Source: Candidatus Woesearchaeota archaeon | GTDB lineage: Archaea; Nanobdellota; Nanobdellia; SCGC-AAA011-G17; GW2011-AR20 | Reading direction: 5' to 3' | Assembly: GCA_018302915.1 (NCBI GenBank) | Contig: JAGVZB010000002.1 | Location: forward strand, 1 to 17,687 | DNA length: 17,687 bases | Shown here: piece by piece, positions 7,056 to 15,648 of the stretch | How positions within the stretch are numbered: the first letter of the stretch is position 1 | How the letters are laid out: every line of letters starts with the position of its first letter | Position numbers and translations under genes: made by a program | The notes under the pieces: model-generated | Databases searched by the model: none | What the model was told of the DNA's origin: nothing | The model's input: only the letters and a program-made list of their open reading frames with translations

Positions 7056-7993
7056 TTTAGGTAGAATCCTGCCAATAAAGCTTGTAATTGTATGAATTCA
7101 TCCGAGCCTTCAACCATCCTGAATTCTATTTCACCGCATTTCTCAATCAATTTTAACTTGTCTTTCTCATCAATTTCTAATTCAAGAACCTCTTTTTGTA
7201 TTTGTTTGATAATATCTAATCCGCTTAATCCATTTTTTAGCATTATATCCAATAACATATTTTTGGATTTTAAAAAATCACCTTTTATTGCACACTCTAT
7301 AATTTTTCTTATTTCTTTGGGATGCACACTAGCAACAACATCATAAATTAATTTGTCATCAATCTTGTTTGAGATGGAAGCACAGCTTTGTAATATGTTT
7401 AATAACCTCCTCAAATCCCCATTTGAATTTTCATATAATATTTCCTTGGCTTCTTTTGAAATCTTTAGTTCTTCTTGCTTGGCAATTTTGTCCATGTATT
7501 CAAAAACACCTTCTTTTTCTATTCCTCTGAACCTGAAAATTGTGCATCTTGATTGTATGGGGTCAATTATTTTAGAGGAATAGTTGCAGCTTAAAACAAA
7601 TCTTGTTACAGCAGCATAATTTTCCATAGTTCTTCTTAGTGCCTGCTGCGCTTCTTTTGTTAGTGAATCACACTCATCCAGATAAATAATTTTGAATGGA
7701 ACATCCCCGATTGATTTTGTTCTTGCAAAATCTTTTATTGTATTCCTTACTACATCAATCCCACGATCATCACTAGCATTTAACTCGAGAAAATTCTCTC
7801 TCCAAGAATTTCCATATAATTGTTTTGCTATCACTAAAGACAAACTAGTTTTTCCAGAACCTGCAGGACCTGTAAATAAAAGGTGAGGAATACTTTTTTG
7901 TTCAACCATAGCTTTGACCCTTCTTACAATTGCTTCTTGCCCTATTATATCCTCAAAATTCTTTGGGCGCCATTTCTCAATCCATATTTCCAT
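7052..7993 (-). CDS. rfcS: Replication factor C small subunit (clamp loader)
   Basis: The 313-aa ORF has WIEKWRPKNFEDIIGQ, Walker A GPAGSGKTS, LELNASDDRGID, Walker B IIYLDECDSLT, the SRC motif (PIQSRCTIFRF) and GDLRRLLNILQ. There is no intein. Confidence 0.93.
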   Translation of the reverse strand: MEIWIEKWRPKNFEDIIGQEAIVRRVKAMVEQKSIPHLLFTGPAGSGKTSLSLVIAKQLYGNSWRENFLELNASDDRGIDVVRNTIKDFARTKSIGDVPFKIIYLDECDSLTKEAQQALRRTMENYAAVTRFVLSCNYSSKIIDPIQSRCTIFRFRGIEKEGVFEYMDKIAKQEELKISKEAKEILYENSNGDLRRLLNILQSCASISNKIDDKLIYDVVASVHPKEIRKIIECAIKGDFLKSKNMLLDIMLKNGLSGLDIIKQIQKEVLELEIDEKDKLKLIEKCGEIEFRMVEGSDEFIQLQALLAGFYLK

Positions 7994-8014
7994 ATATATT
8001 TAATTCTGAAAAAC

Positions 8015-8022
8015 ATTATAAA
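8015..8022 (-). promoter_or_regulatory. TATA box (tttataat on minus strand) of the rfcS operon
   Basis: The element is centred ~25 nt upstream of the rfcS ATG (7993), consistent with a leaderless transcript. Confidence 0.4.
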
Positions 8023-8038
8023 CCTTATTCTGTTAAAA

Positions 8039-8050
8039 GATATATTTTTA
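8039..8050 (+). promoter_or_regulatory. TATA box (gatatattttta) of ileS, preceded by a purine-rich BRE-like aaaag
   Basis: The element is centred ~30 nt upstream of the ileS ATG (8075). Confidence 0.35.
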
Positions 8051-8074
8051 AAACAGTAAATAGGAACTAATATT

Positions 8075-10867
8075 ATGTATAACTTCAATGAAATTGAAGA
8101 AAATGTATTAAAATTCTGGAAAGATAAGCAGATTTATCAAAAATTAAAGAAGCGAAACTCAAGAGGAAAAAAATTCTACTTCTTACAGGGTCCACCATAT
8201 ACTTCTGGAAAAATTCATATTGGGACGGCATGGAATAACTGCCTGAAAGACCAGATTATGAGATACAAGAGGATGCAGGGTTTTGATGTATGGGACAGAA
8301 ATGGTTATGATATGCATGGCTTGCCGATAGAAAATAAAGTCCAGAAATTGCTTAAAATAGAGGACAAAAAACAAATTGAAGACTATGGTGTTGAAAAATT
8401 TGTAAAGGAATGCAAGAAGTTTTCCTTGGAAATGGCGAATGTTATGACAGAAGGCATGAAGAAATTGGGGATTTGGTTTGAATTTGATGATCCTTATATG
8501 CCTGTTAAAAATGAATTCATGGAAAATGAATGGTTGTTAATAAAAAAAGCTCACGAGCAAAAAAGGCTTTATCTTGGTGAAAAAACTATGACGTGGTGCC
8601 AATCATGTGAGACGGCATTGGCTAAGCATGAATTGGAATATGAGAATGTAAAAGACACTTCAATCTTTGTTAAATTTAAAATTAAGGGAAAAGAAAATGA
8701 ATATCTTTGCATCTGGTCCACTACTCCATGGACTATCGCGTTTAACTTGGGTGTTATGGTTAATCCAAGGTTGGATTATGTCAAGACAAAAGTGAATAAT
8801 GAAGTGTGGATTTTGGCAAAGCAATTGGCAGCTCCAGTAATTCAAAATTTCACAAAACATAAATTGGACATAAAAGAAACTTTCAAAGGAACTAAATTGA
8901 AAGGATTGAGGTATGAGCATCCATTCTATGATACTTTAAAAAGTAAGTATGATGAAATAAAAAAAGAATCTCCAAATGCTTTTACAGTTGTTCTCTCGGA
9001 AAGGTATGTTGATACTTCTGCAGGTACAGGTCTTGTTCACATGGCGCCGGGTTGCGGTCCGGAAGATTATGAAGTGGGCCAGGAAAATGGTATTAAACCT
9101 TTCAATTCCCTTGACGAAAAGGGAAATTATTCGAGTGATATGGGTGAATTCTCGGGATTGAATGCTAAGAAAGACAATCAGTTATTTATAGAGGCATTAG
9201 ATAATAGAAATGCATTGATAGCAACTTCTGAAGTTGAGCATGATTATCCTCATTGCTGGCGTTGTAAAAATCCTGTTATTTTCAGGACAACAACCCAATG
9301 GTTTTTTAAGATAGAAGATTTGATTCCAAAATTTTTATCTCAGGCTAAAAAAGTGGAGTGGATTCCAAAGAATTATGAGGATTCTTACCTGAAATGGATT
9401 GAAAATTTAAAGGATAATGTTGTGACAAGGCAGAGATATTGGGGAACTCCAATGCCTTTGTGGCAGTGTGATAAATGCAATGAAAAAATAATCATTGGTT
9501 CAATTGATGAGTTGAAAAAATATGCTAAAAATATTCCCCAGGATTTGCATAAGCCATGGATAGACAATGTTGATTTCAAATGCAGGAAATGCAACGGCTT
9601 GATGAAAAGGATTCCGGATGTTCTTGATGTATGGCTTGATTCAGGGACTGTCTCTTGGAATTGTTTGTATAATGATCCCAAATTATTGAAAAAATATTAC
9701 CCTGCTAACTTGATTCTTGAGGCTACAGAGCAGACGAGATTATGGTTTTACATGTTGCAGTTATGCTCTAATATTGTAATCGGCAAGCCTTCTTATGAAA
9801 ATGTTTACCTGCATGGGATGGTTAGGGATGTAGAAGGGGTAAAGATGTCAAAATCCCTCGGCAATATAATCTCTCCTGATGAAGTTGTAGGAAAATATGG
9901 AGTAGATACATTCAGGTTTTATTTCAATTCATTGAATGCAGGAAAGGATGTTAATTTTTCATGGGATGAAATAAAAATAAAGTTAAGGAACTTGGATGTA
10001 TTGTATAACACTTCAAAGTATTTGCTTAATTATTTGGATTCAGGTAAACAATCTAAGCTGCAGGTAGAAGACAAATGGATATTGTCGAGGTTGAATTCAG
10101 ATATAAAAAGGGCAACTGAATTGATGAATGAATATAAGATAGATGAAATAGCAATTCTTATGGAAAACTTGTTTTTGGACTTGAGCAGGAATTATATACA
10201 GTTTGTGAGGGACAGGATTGAGGAAAAAATAGTTGTCAAGACGATAGAGAAAGTTTTGCTTGAGACATTAAAGATGCTTTCAGTAATTTCTCCATTCATA
10301 ACGGAGCATATTTATCAGGAATTAAAAAAGCCATTGAAACTGAAGGAGGAGTCTATACATCTTGAGAGATGGCCAAGGTATGATCCTAAACTGATAAACA
10401 AAAAATTAGAGGATGAAATGATAAATGTCCAGAGAATTATACAGGAAGCTATTGCTCAAAGAGAAAAAATACAGTTAGGGATAAGATGGCCTTTGTTAGA
10501 GGTTGAAATTCACACAAAATATAAATTAAAATCATTTGAAAAATTGATTAAAAAACAGGTTAATGTAAAAAAAGTAGCAATAAAACAATCAAAGGAGGAA
10601 AAAGTTGAATTAAACAAGCAGTTAACTCCTGAATTGTTAAAGGAAGGTTATACCAGGGAAGTTATTAGAAGGATAAATGATTTAAGAAAAAAAGCAAACT
10701 TAAAAAAACACAACAAGATTGAGATAAGCATTAAATCTTCTCAGGAATTGGATTTGAAATTGATTGAGAAACAGGTAAATGCTTTCATAAAAGAAGTAAA
10801 GAATCCAAAGGTAAAAGAGAATTTTAAGATTAAAGAAAAGGAATTTTACATAAAGTTTAACCATTAA
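8075..10867 (+). CDS. ileS: Isoleucyl-tRNA synthetase (class I, with CP1 editing domain)
   Basis: The 930-aa ORF has GPPYTSGKIHIGTAWN (HIGH region), YDMHGLPIE, the zinc knuckle TWCQSCETALA, the editing-domain WSTTPWTIAFN and GTGLVHMAPGCGPEDY, HCWRCKNPVIFRTTTQWF, and KMSKS (VKMSKSLGN). Confidence 0.9.
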   Translation: MYNFNEIEENVLKFWKDKQIYQKLKKRNSRGKKFYFLQGPPYTSGKIHIGTAWNNCLKDQIMRYKRMQGFDVWDRNGYDMHGLPIENKVQKLLKIEDKKQIEDYGVEKFVKECKKFSLEMANVMTEGMKKLGIWFEFDDPYMPVKNEFMENEWLLIKKAHEQKRLYLGEKTMTWCQSCETALAKHELEYENVKDTSIFVKFKIKGKENEYLCIWSTTPWTIAFNLGVMVNPRLDYVKTKVNNEVWILAKQLAAPVIQNFTKHKLDIKETFKGTKLKGLRYEHPFYDTLKSKYDEIKKESPNAFTVVLSERYVDTSAGTGLVHMAPGCGPEDYEVGQENGIKPFNSLDEKGNYSSDMGEFSGLNAKKDNQLFIEALDNRNALIATSEVEHDYPHCWRCKNPVIFRTTTQWFFKIEDLIPKFLSQAKKVEWIPKNYEDSYLKWIENLKDNVVTRQRYWGTPMPLWQCDKCNEKIIIGSIDELKKYAKNIPQDLHKPWIDNVDFKCRKCNGLMKRIPDVLDVWLDSGTVSWNCLYNDPKLLKKYYPANLILEATEQTRLWFYMLQLCSNIVIGKPSYENVYLHGMVRDVEGVKMSKSLGNIISPDEVVGKYGVDTFRFYFNSLNAGKDVNFSWDEIKIKLRNLDVLYNTSKYLLNYLDSGKQSKLQVEDKWILSRLNSDIKRATELMNEYKIDEIAILMENLFLDLSRNYIQFVRDRIEEKIVVKTIEKVLLETLKMLSVISPFITEHIYQELKKPLKLKEESIHLERWPRYDPKLINKKLEDEMINVQRIIQEAIAQREKIQLGIRWPLLEVEIHTKYKLKSFEKLIKKQVNVKKVAIKQSKEEKVELNKQLTPELLKEGYTREVIRRINDLRKKANLKKHNKIEISIKSSQELDLKLIEKQVNAFIKEVKNPKVKENFKIKEKEFYIKFNH

Positions 10868-10914
10868 GTAACAACTCTTTCTTTATAAAATACATTTATA
10901 TATCTTTCTATCGG

Positions 10915-10923
10915 TTTATAAAT
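10915..10923 (+). promoter_or_regulatory. TATA box (tttataaat) of the tbp-mcm transcription unit
   Basis: The element is centred ~28 nt upstream of the tbp ATG (10947). A G7 run (10932-10938) lies between the box and the ATG. Confidence 0.4.
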
Positions 10924-10946
10924 AAAAAAGCGGGGGGGTTACCTAA

Positions 10947-11516
10947 ATGAGTAAGAATTCATCAAAACCAGAAATAAAAATACAAAATATAGTTGTTTCT
11001 ACTTCTCTTGAACATGACATACCATTGATAAAGCTTGCAGAAACTTTGCCAAATACAGAATATAATCCTGAGCAGTTTCCGGGATTGGTTATGAGGATAA
11101 AAGATCCGAAAACATCGGCATTGATATTCAGCTCTGGAAAAGTGGTGTGTACAGGAGCGAAATCTTTAACTAAAGTGAAGGAATCATTACAGAAAATAAT
11201 CAAGAATCTTGCTAAGATAAAAATAAGAATAAAAGTTAAGCCGAAGATAAATGTCCAGAATATGGTGGCTTCAGGGGACATCAAGATGGACTTGAATTTA
11301 AACTTCCTTGCTTTAAAGCTGCCAAATACGGAATATGAGCCTGAGCAATTCCCGGGTTTGGTATTCAAGCTTCAAGGGACAAGGGCAACTTTTTTGCTTT
11401 TTAGCAATGGAAAGATAGTATGCACTGGTACAAGGTCGGAAGTTGCATTGAAAGAGTCTGTTGATAAGTTGGTCATTGTGTTGAAAAAAATAAAGAAAGA
11501 TGCAAAACATAAATGA
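10947..11516 (+). CDS. tbp: TATA-box-binding protein (two TBP repeats)
   Basis: The 189-aa ORF contains two direct TBP repeats. The first reads IQNIVVSTSLEHDIPL..LPNTEYNPEQFPGLVMRIKDPKTSALIFSSGKVVCTGAKS. The second reads VQNMVASGDIKMDLNL..LPNTEYEPEQFPGLVFKL...TFLLFSNGKIVCTGTRS. Confidence 0.95.
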   Translation: MSKNSSKPEIKIQNIVVSTSLEHDIPLIKLAETLPNTEYNPEQFPGLVMRIKDPKTSALIFSSGKVVCTGAKSLTKVKESLQKIIKNLAKIKIRIKVKPKINVQNMVASGDIKMDLNLNFLALKLPNTEYEPEQFPGLVFKLQGTRATFLLFSNGKIVCTGTRSEVALKESVDKLVIVLKKIKKDAKHK

Positions 11517-14500
11517 GCAGATAGAGAATTTTAAGGGCTTTATTGAGCAATATTATGAAAAAAAACTGCATGAGCTTGATTCAAAGGGAGTTCATTCCGT
11601 TTACATTGATTTCTTTGAGATAGCAGAGTATTCTCCTGAGCTGGCTGAGTTTATTTTGGAAAATCCGGAAGATGCTGTAAAATCTTTTGAACTGGCAATT
11701 TCTGAGTTTGAAATAAATTTGAAGCCAAGAATATTTAATTTGCCAAAATCACAGTTCCTTAATATAAGGGACATAAGATCTCAGCATCTTGGAAAATTTA
11801 TTTACATAGAGGGTATTGTAAGGCAGGCTTCAGATGTAAGGCCTCAGGTTACTTCTGCTAAATTTGAATGCCCCACATGCGGAAATACTCTTTCAATATT
11901 GCAGCTTGATACAAAATTCAAGGAGCCAAGCAGATGCTCTTGCGGCAATAAAACGAGGTTCAGGTTGTTGTCAAAGGATTTGATTGATGCACAAAGGCTA
12001 GTTATAGAAGAATCTCCTGAAAATCTTGAAGGGGGGGAGCAGTCAAAGAGGCTTCCGGTTTATTTGAAGGAGGATTTGGTTGAGCCTAAGATGGAGAAGA
12101 AAACAACTCCTGGTTCTAAGGTAAGGGTGAATGGTATAATAAAAGAGATTTCTATTTTACTAAGTGCAGGTGCTAAATCTATAAATTATGATTTAAGCAT
12201 GGATGCTAATTCTATAATACCAATTGAAGAAACATTTGAGGAAATAGAGATATCAAAAGAGGATGAAGAGAAAATAAAGGAGCTTTCCAGGGATCCTTTG
12301 GTTTATGAAAAATTAATAGGTTCTATTGCTCCGTCAATTTATGGTCATGAGAAAATAAAGGAGGCAATTATTCTTCAGTTAATGTCTGGTGTAAGAAAGG
12401 TAAAGGATGATGGCACAATAATAAGGGGGGATATGCACATTCTTTTGGTTGGTGATCCTGGAGCGGCTAAATCCTCATTATTGCAGTTTGTTTCAAAATC
12501 AGCTCCTAAGGCAAGGTTTGTTTCAGGTAAGGGAAGCAGCGGAGCTGGTTTGACCGCCAGTGTAATAAAAGATGAATTCATCAGGGGTTGGGCATTGGAA
12601 GCGGGAGCATTGGTTTTGGCAAATGGAGGATTAGCAGCAATAGATGAATTGGATAAGATGTCCCCTGAAGACAGAAGTGCAATCCATGAAGCGTTGGAGC
12701 AGCAGCAGGTTAGCATTGCAAAAGCAAATATACAGGCATGTTATTCTTCAGATACAGAAGTATTAACAAATTATGGATGGAAAAAATATTGGGAAATTAA
12801 AGATGAAAAATTAGCCCAATATAATCTTACCCAGAAAATTATTGAATTTTTACAACATGATGGATTGTTTGTGTATAACTATGTAGGTAAGATGTATCAT
12901 TTTAAGAATAAAAGAATAGATATATTCGTTACACCAAATCATAAAATGTTAACGAAAGAACTAAGGCAAAAAGAGTACAGAGCTATTGAAGCAGAAAAAA
13001 TAAGATATAATCGTATAAAATTTCTTAATTCAGGAAACTTTTTAGGTAAAGAAGAAAGATATTTTATTTTACCTCCTATAAAACACAAACAAAATAGAAT
13101 TCATATTAAATATGTACATCAACACAAACCTAAAAAGATTCCTATGAACTTATGGTTAGAATTCTTGGGTTACTATTTAACTGAAGGGGGGATACAAAGA
13201 AAGCCAACAATAGGAATTCCCCAAAAAGATAAAAAAAATATAATTAAAATAAAAAAATGTCTTTTTAAATTATCAAAATATGTTGGATTTACTTTAAGTG
13301 AGACAAAAGATAAGCAATATATTAGGTTTCAAATTACAAACACCCAATTATTTGAATTCTTGGAAAAAAATTGTGGCAAAAAATGTATTGAAAAAAAATA
13401 TCCATTAGATTTGTCTAATCTATCTAAAAAACAATTAAAAATTTTATATGATGCAATGATGCTCGGAGATGGTTCTTCAGATGGAAAAAGCTTTAGTTCT
13501 ACGTCTATTGAACTAATAAACTTATTTCAATCAATAGCCTTACTTATTGGTAAATCTACAAGCAAAAATATACAATATTTAGAAAAATCTAGAAGGAATA
13601 GGGTAACTTTGTATAGGGTAACTTTATCCAACAAAACAGAACCCTCTATAAAAAAGAATAAAATAAAAAATATATATTATGATGGAAAGGTATTTTGCTT
13701 TTCAACGAAAACTGGTTTTTTTGTTACAAGACGAAACGGAAAAGTGACTATACAAGGTAACACATTAAGAGCTCAGACAAGTGTTTTGGCGGCGGCAAAT
13801 CCAAAGCTTGGAAGATTTGATCCTTATTCTCCAATAGCTAGCCAGATAGATTTGCCTCCAACTTTAATTAACAGGTTTGATTTGATATTTCCTGTTAGGG
13901 ATATTCCAAATAGGGAAAAGGATGAGAAGATAGCATCTCATGTTCTTGAACTGCAGAAGAGATCTGGAAAAATAGAATCAGAAATAAGTACAAAATTATT
14001 GAGAAAATATATTGCATATGCAAAGCAGCATGTAAAACCTATTCTTACAGATGGCGCTGTTGATGAAATAAAAAAGTTTTATGTCAATCTAAGAAATAAG
14101 GGGCAGTCCTCTGAGGAGGAAATAAAGCCGATCCCAATAAGTGCAAGGCAGCTTGAAGCTTTAGTAAGGCTGTCAGAAGCATCAGCAAAAGTGAGGTTAT
14201 CCAAGGAAGTAAAAAGAAAGGATGCAAAGAGGGCAATTGATATATTGACGTATTGCCTGATGCAGGTAGGAATAGATCCAGAAACTGGAAAAATAGACAT
14301 AGACAGGATTTCAACAGGGATAACTGCAACCCAAAGATCAAGGATAGTTGTTATAAGAGAGATAATAAGGGAGCTTGAATCAAAGCATGGAAAGTCAATT
14401 CCTATGGAGGCAATATTCGAGGAAGCATCCAAGAAAGGTTATAATGAAGACCATGTGGAAGAGGCGATAGAAAAACTGAAAAGAGAGGCTGAAGTATACA

Positions 14501-14532
14501 ATCCAAAGCAGAATTTTGTTTCAAGGCTTTAG
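11500..14532 (+). CDS. mcm: MCM replicative helicase interrupted by one intein (669-aa extein plus 341-aa intein)
   Basis: The protein has an N-terminal C4 zinc finger (CPTCGN...CSCGN), Walker A GDPGAAKSS and Walker B AAIDELDKM. The extein junction reads SIAKANIQA|...|TLRAQTSVLAAANP (sensor 1), followed by the arginine-finger region SRFDLIF-like NRFDLIFPV, sensor 2 PISARQLEALVRLSEA and a C-terminal wH. The start overlaps the tbp end by 17 nt. Confidence 0.95.
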   Translation: MQNINEQIENFKGFIEQYYEKKLHELDSKGVHSVYIDFFEIAEYSPELAEFILENPEDAVKSFELAISEFEINLKPRIFNLPKSQFLNIRDIRSQHLGKFIYIEGIVRQASDVRPQVTSAKFECPTCGNTLSILQLDTKFKEPSRCSCGNKTRFRLLSKDLIDAQRLVIEESPENLEGGEQSKRLPVYLKEDLVEPKMEKKTTPGSKVRVNGIIKEISILLSAGAKSINYDLSMDANSIIPIEETFEEIEISKEDEEKIKELSRDPLVYEKLIGSIAPSIYGHEKIKEAIILQLMSGVRKVKDDGTIIRGDMHILLVGDPGAAKSSLLQFVSKSAPKARFVSGKGSSGAGLTASVIKDEFIRGWALEAGALVLANGGLAAIDELDKMSPEDRSAIHEALEQQQVSIAKANIQACYSSDTEVLTNYGWKKYWEIKDEKLAQYNLTQKIIEFLQHDGLFVYNYVGKMYHFKNKRIDIFVTPNHKMLTKELRQKEYRAIEAEKIRYNRIKFLNSGNFLGKEERYFILPPIKHKQNRIHIKYVHQHKPKKIPMNLWLEFLGYYLTEGGIQRKPTIGIPQKDKKNIIKIKKCLFKLSKYVGFTLSETKDKQYIRFQITNTQLFEFLEKNCGKKCIEKKYPLDLSNLSKKQLKILYDAMMLGDGSSDGKSFSSTSIELINLFQSIALLIGKSTSKNIQYLEKSRRNRVTLYRVTLSNKTEPSIKKNKIKNIYYDGKVFCFSTKTGFFVTRRNGKVTIQGNTLRAQTSVLAAANPKLGRFDPYSPIASQIDLPPTLINRFDLIFPVRDIPNREKDEKIASHVLELQKRSGKIESEISTKLLRKYIAYAKQHVKPILTDGAVDEIKKFYVNLRNKGQSSEEEIKPIPISARQLEALVRLSEASAKVRLSKEVKRKDAKRAIDILTYCLMQVGIDPETGKIDIDRISTGITATQRSRIVVIREIIRELESKHGKSIPMEAIFEEASKKGYNEDHVEEAIEKLKREAEVYNPKQNFVSRL
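12739..13761 (+). mobile_element. Intein with LAGLIDADG homing-endonuclease domain inside the MCM ATPase core
   Basis: Cys1 (tgt, 12739) opens block A, CYSSDTEVLT. Block B is VTPNHKML (T-x-x-H). The two LAGLIDADG motifs are LEFLGYYLTEGG and LYDAMMLGDGSS. The C-terminal FFVTRRNGKVTIQGN is followed by the +1 Thr (13762). Removing these 341 aa restores the canonical MCM sequence IAKA.I.A-TL.A..SVLAAANP. Confidence 0.9.
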
Positions 14533-14541
14533 TTTTAAATA
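14533..14541 (+). promoter_or_regulatory. TATA box (ttttaaata) upstream of the RPA32-like gene
   Basis: The element is centred ~26 nt upstream of the ATG at 14563, in the 30-bp spacer after mcm. Confidence 0.35.
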
Positions 14542-14562
14542 CATTTCTGTTTTATCCTTATT

Positions 14563-15210
14563 ATGATTTCAAGAAACACAGCATATAGGCTATGGATATC
14601 TGACATTAATAATTCCAGTTATGTTAAGTCTCCCGGAGAATTTGAGTCAAATTATATTGAATTCAAGGATAAAAGAGTATCAAGGGTTAATTTAATAGTT
14701 ATAATAATAAGTAAGTATGGGGCAGACAATTATTCTTCAATGCTTGTTGATGATGGCTCCTCTCAGATTTCAGTGAAAGCATGGAATGAAGACAAGAAAA
14801 TAATTGATAAGTTCAGTATTGGTGATGTGATACTTCTTGTTGGAAAAATAAGGCAGAATAACATGGGAAATTCCCTGTTTATACAGCCGGAAATAATAAA
14901 GAAATTAGATGAAAAATGGCTTTTGGCGAGGAAAAAAGAGCTTGAGAGGGAGTATGGAAAACCTTCAGTTACAGAATCAAAGCATAATATTTACGAGGAT
15001 GAATTTAAAATAGAGCAGGTTAATGTGTCAAATGAATCCTTGAGGACAAAAATTCTTAATTTAATAGACAAGTTGGACAAGGATGATGGTGTCTCAGGGG
15101 ATGAAATAATGAGTAATATAAATTCTAAAAGAACCAGAGAGACAATTGATGAATTGCTGAAGGAGGGGGAAATATTTGAGATGAATAACAGGTACAAGCT
15201 TCTGAAATAA
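14563..15210 (+). CDS. RPA32/Stn1-like single OB-fold protein with C-terminal winged helix (putative ssDNA-binding replication protein A subunit)
   Basis: The 215-aa ORF has the OB-fold pattern RVNLIVIIISKY....YSSMLVDDGSSQISVKAW......FSIGDVILLVGKIR.....LFIQPEII. It then has EKWLLARKKEL and a C-terminal wH-like GVSGDEIMSNI...TIDELLKEGEIFE. It lies immediately downstream of mcm. Confidence 0.55.
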   Translation: MISRNTAYRLWISDINNSSYVKSPGEFESNYIEFKDKRVSRVNLIVIIISKYGADNYSSMLVDDGSSQISVKAWNEDKKIIDKFSIGDVILLVGKIRQNNMGNSLFIQPEIIKKLDEKWLLARKKELEREYGKPSVTESKHNIYEDEFKIEQVNVSNESLRTKILNLIDKLDKDDGVSGDEIMSNINSKRTRETIDELLKEGEIFEMNNRYKLLK

Positions 15211-15219
15211 ATTTATAAA
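15211..15219 (+). promoter_or_regulatory. TATA box (atttataaa) upstream of aIF2-beta
   Basis: The element is centred ~26 nt upstream of the ATG at 15241. Confidence 0.4.
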
Positions 15220-15240
15220 CTCATTTCTTATGGGCTTCTT

Positions 15241-15648
15241 ATGGAATATGAAAAACTGCTGGAAAATGCATACAAGAACCTACCTAAGGTTAAGACAGAT
15301 GATTCCAGGTTTGAAATTCCAAAGGCTCAGGGCCATGTGCAGGGAAGCAAGACAATAATAGTGAATTTTGTTAAGATAGCCCAGATTTTGAGGAGGGATG
15401 TTTCGCATCTGCAGAAATATCTGCTTAGGGAGCTGGCATCGCCGGGAAATCTTGATGGTCCAAGGCTGATACTGAACAGGAAAATATCCTCAGTTTTGAT
15501 AAACCAGAAAGTAGAGCAGTATGCCAAGGATTTTGTCATATGTAAGGAATGTGGAAAGCCAGACACCACATTGAAGAAGGAAGAAAGGTTTACATATGTC
15601 AAATGCCAGGCTTGCGGGGCAAAGCATTACATCAAGTCCAAAATATGA
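15241..15648 (+). CDS. eif2b: Translation initiation factor aIF2 beta subunit
   Basis: The 135-aa ORF has YEKLLENAY..LP, RFEIPKAQGHVQGSKTIIVNF..IA..L.RD..HL.KYL..ELAS.G and a C-terminal C4 zinc ribbon (CKECGKPDT...CQACGA). Confidence 0.9.
   Translation: MEYEKLLENAYKNLPKVKTDDSRFEIPKAQGHVQGSKTIIVNFVKIAQILRRDVSHLQKYLLRELASPGNLDGPRLILNRKISSVLINQKVEQYAKDFVICKECGKPDTTLKKEERFTYVKCQACGAKHYIKSKI

Noticed and set aside
8207-8224. IleRS HIGH signature reads H-I-G-T (GKIHIGTAWN) instead of H-x-G-H, and the editing-domain APGHG reads APGCG
   Set aside because: My recollection is that archaeal-type IleRS sequences commonly have H-(I/L)-G-T-A-W-N here. If so, this is probably lineage-typical rather than a loss of function. 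It needs an alignment to confirm and is not reported as a finding.
5429-10867. Unusually short RfcL (356 aa) and IleRS (930 aa) as possible truncations or pseudogenes
   Set aside because: All catalytic motifs are intact and the reading frames are uninterrupted. Shortened proteins are common in reduced archaeal genomes, so this is treated as lineage-level streamlining.
10932-10938. G7 run between the tbp TATA box and the ATG, with other G6-G7 runs at 3886-3892, 12030-12036, 12425-12430 and 13196-13201. I considered these as a Shine-Dalgarno site, a G-quadruplex or slippage sites.
   Set aside because: A single run cannot form a quadruplex. The in-gene runs simply encode Gly-Gly (GGG GGG), and no frameshift is evident. 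Given the TATA spacing, the tbp run would sit at or upstream of the TSS, so an SD role is unlikely.
10943-11368. 141-aa ORF antisense to tbp. Similar antisense or shadow ORFs occur at 155-358, 1695-1883, 1733-2008, 2723-3031, 3173-3364, 3771-4157, 4308-4493, 5202-5426, 6093-6302, 6175-6417, 7092-7346, 7353-7583, 7692-7886, 8183-8374, 8660-8920, 8976-9161, 9385-9681, 11313-11510, 12375-12716, 14079-14432, 14084-14341, 14991-15197 and 15327-15602.
   Set aside because: Each lies entirely within a confidently identified conserved gene, either on the opposite strand or in another frame. Their sequences are low-complexity and Phe/Ile/Ser/Leu-rich, with no recognisable motifs. Long stop-free antisense frames are expected in AT-rich coding DNA.
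15549-15644. Upstream ATG (15549) extending the DUF424 ORF by 32 residues
   Set aside because: The extension lies wholly inside eif2b in another frame and has no similarity to the family. The ATG in the ATGA overlap at 15645 starts exactly at the conserved MIFVKEH N-terminus.
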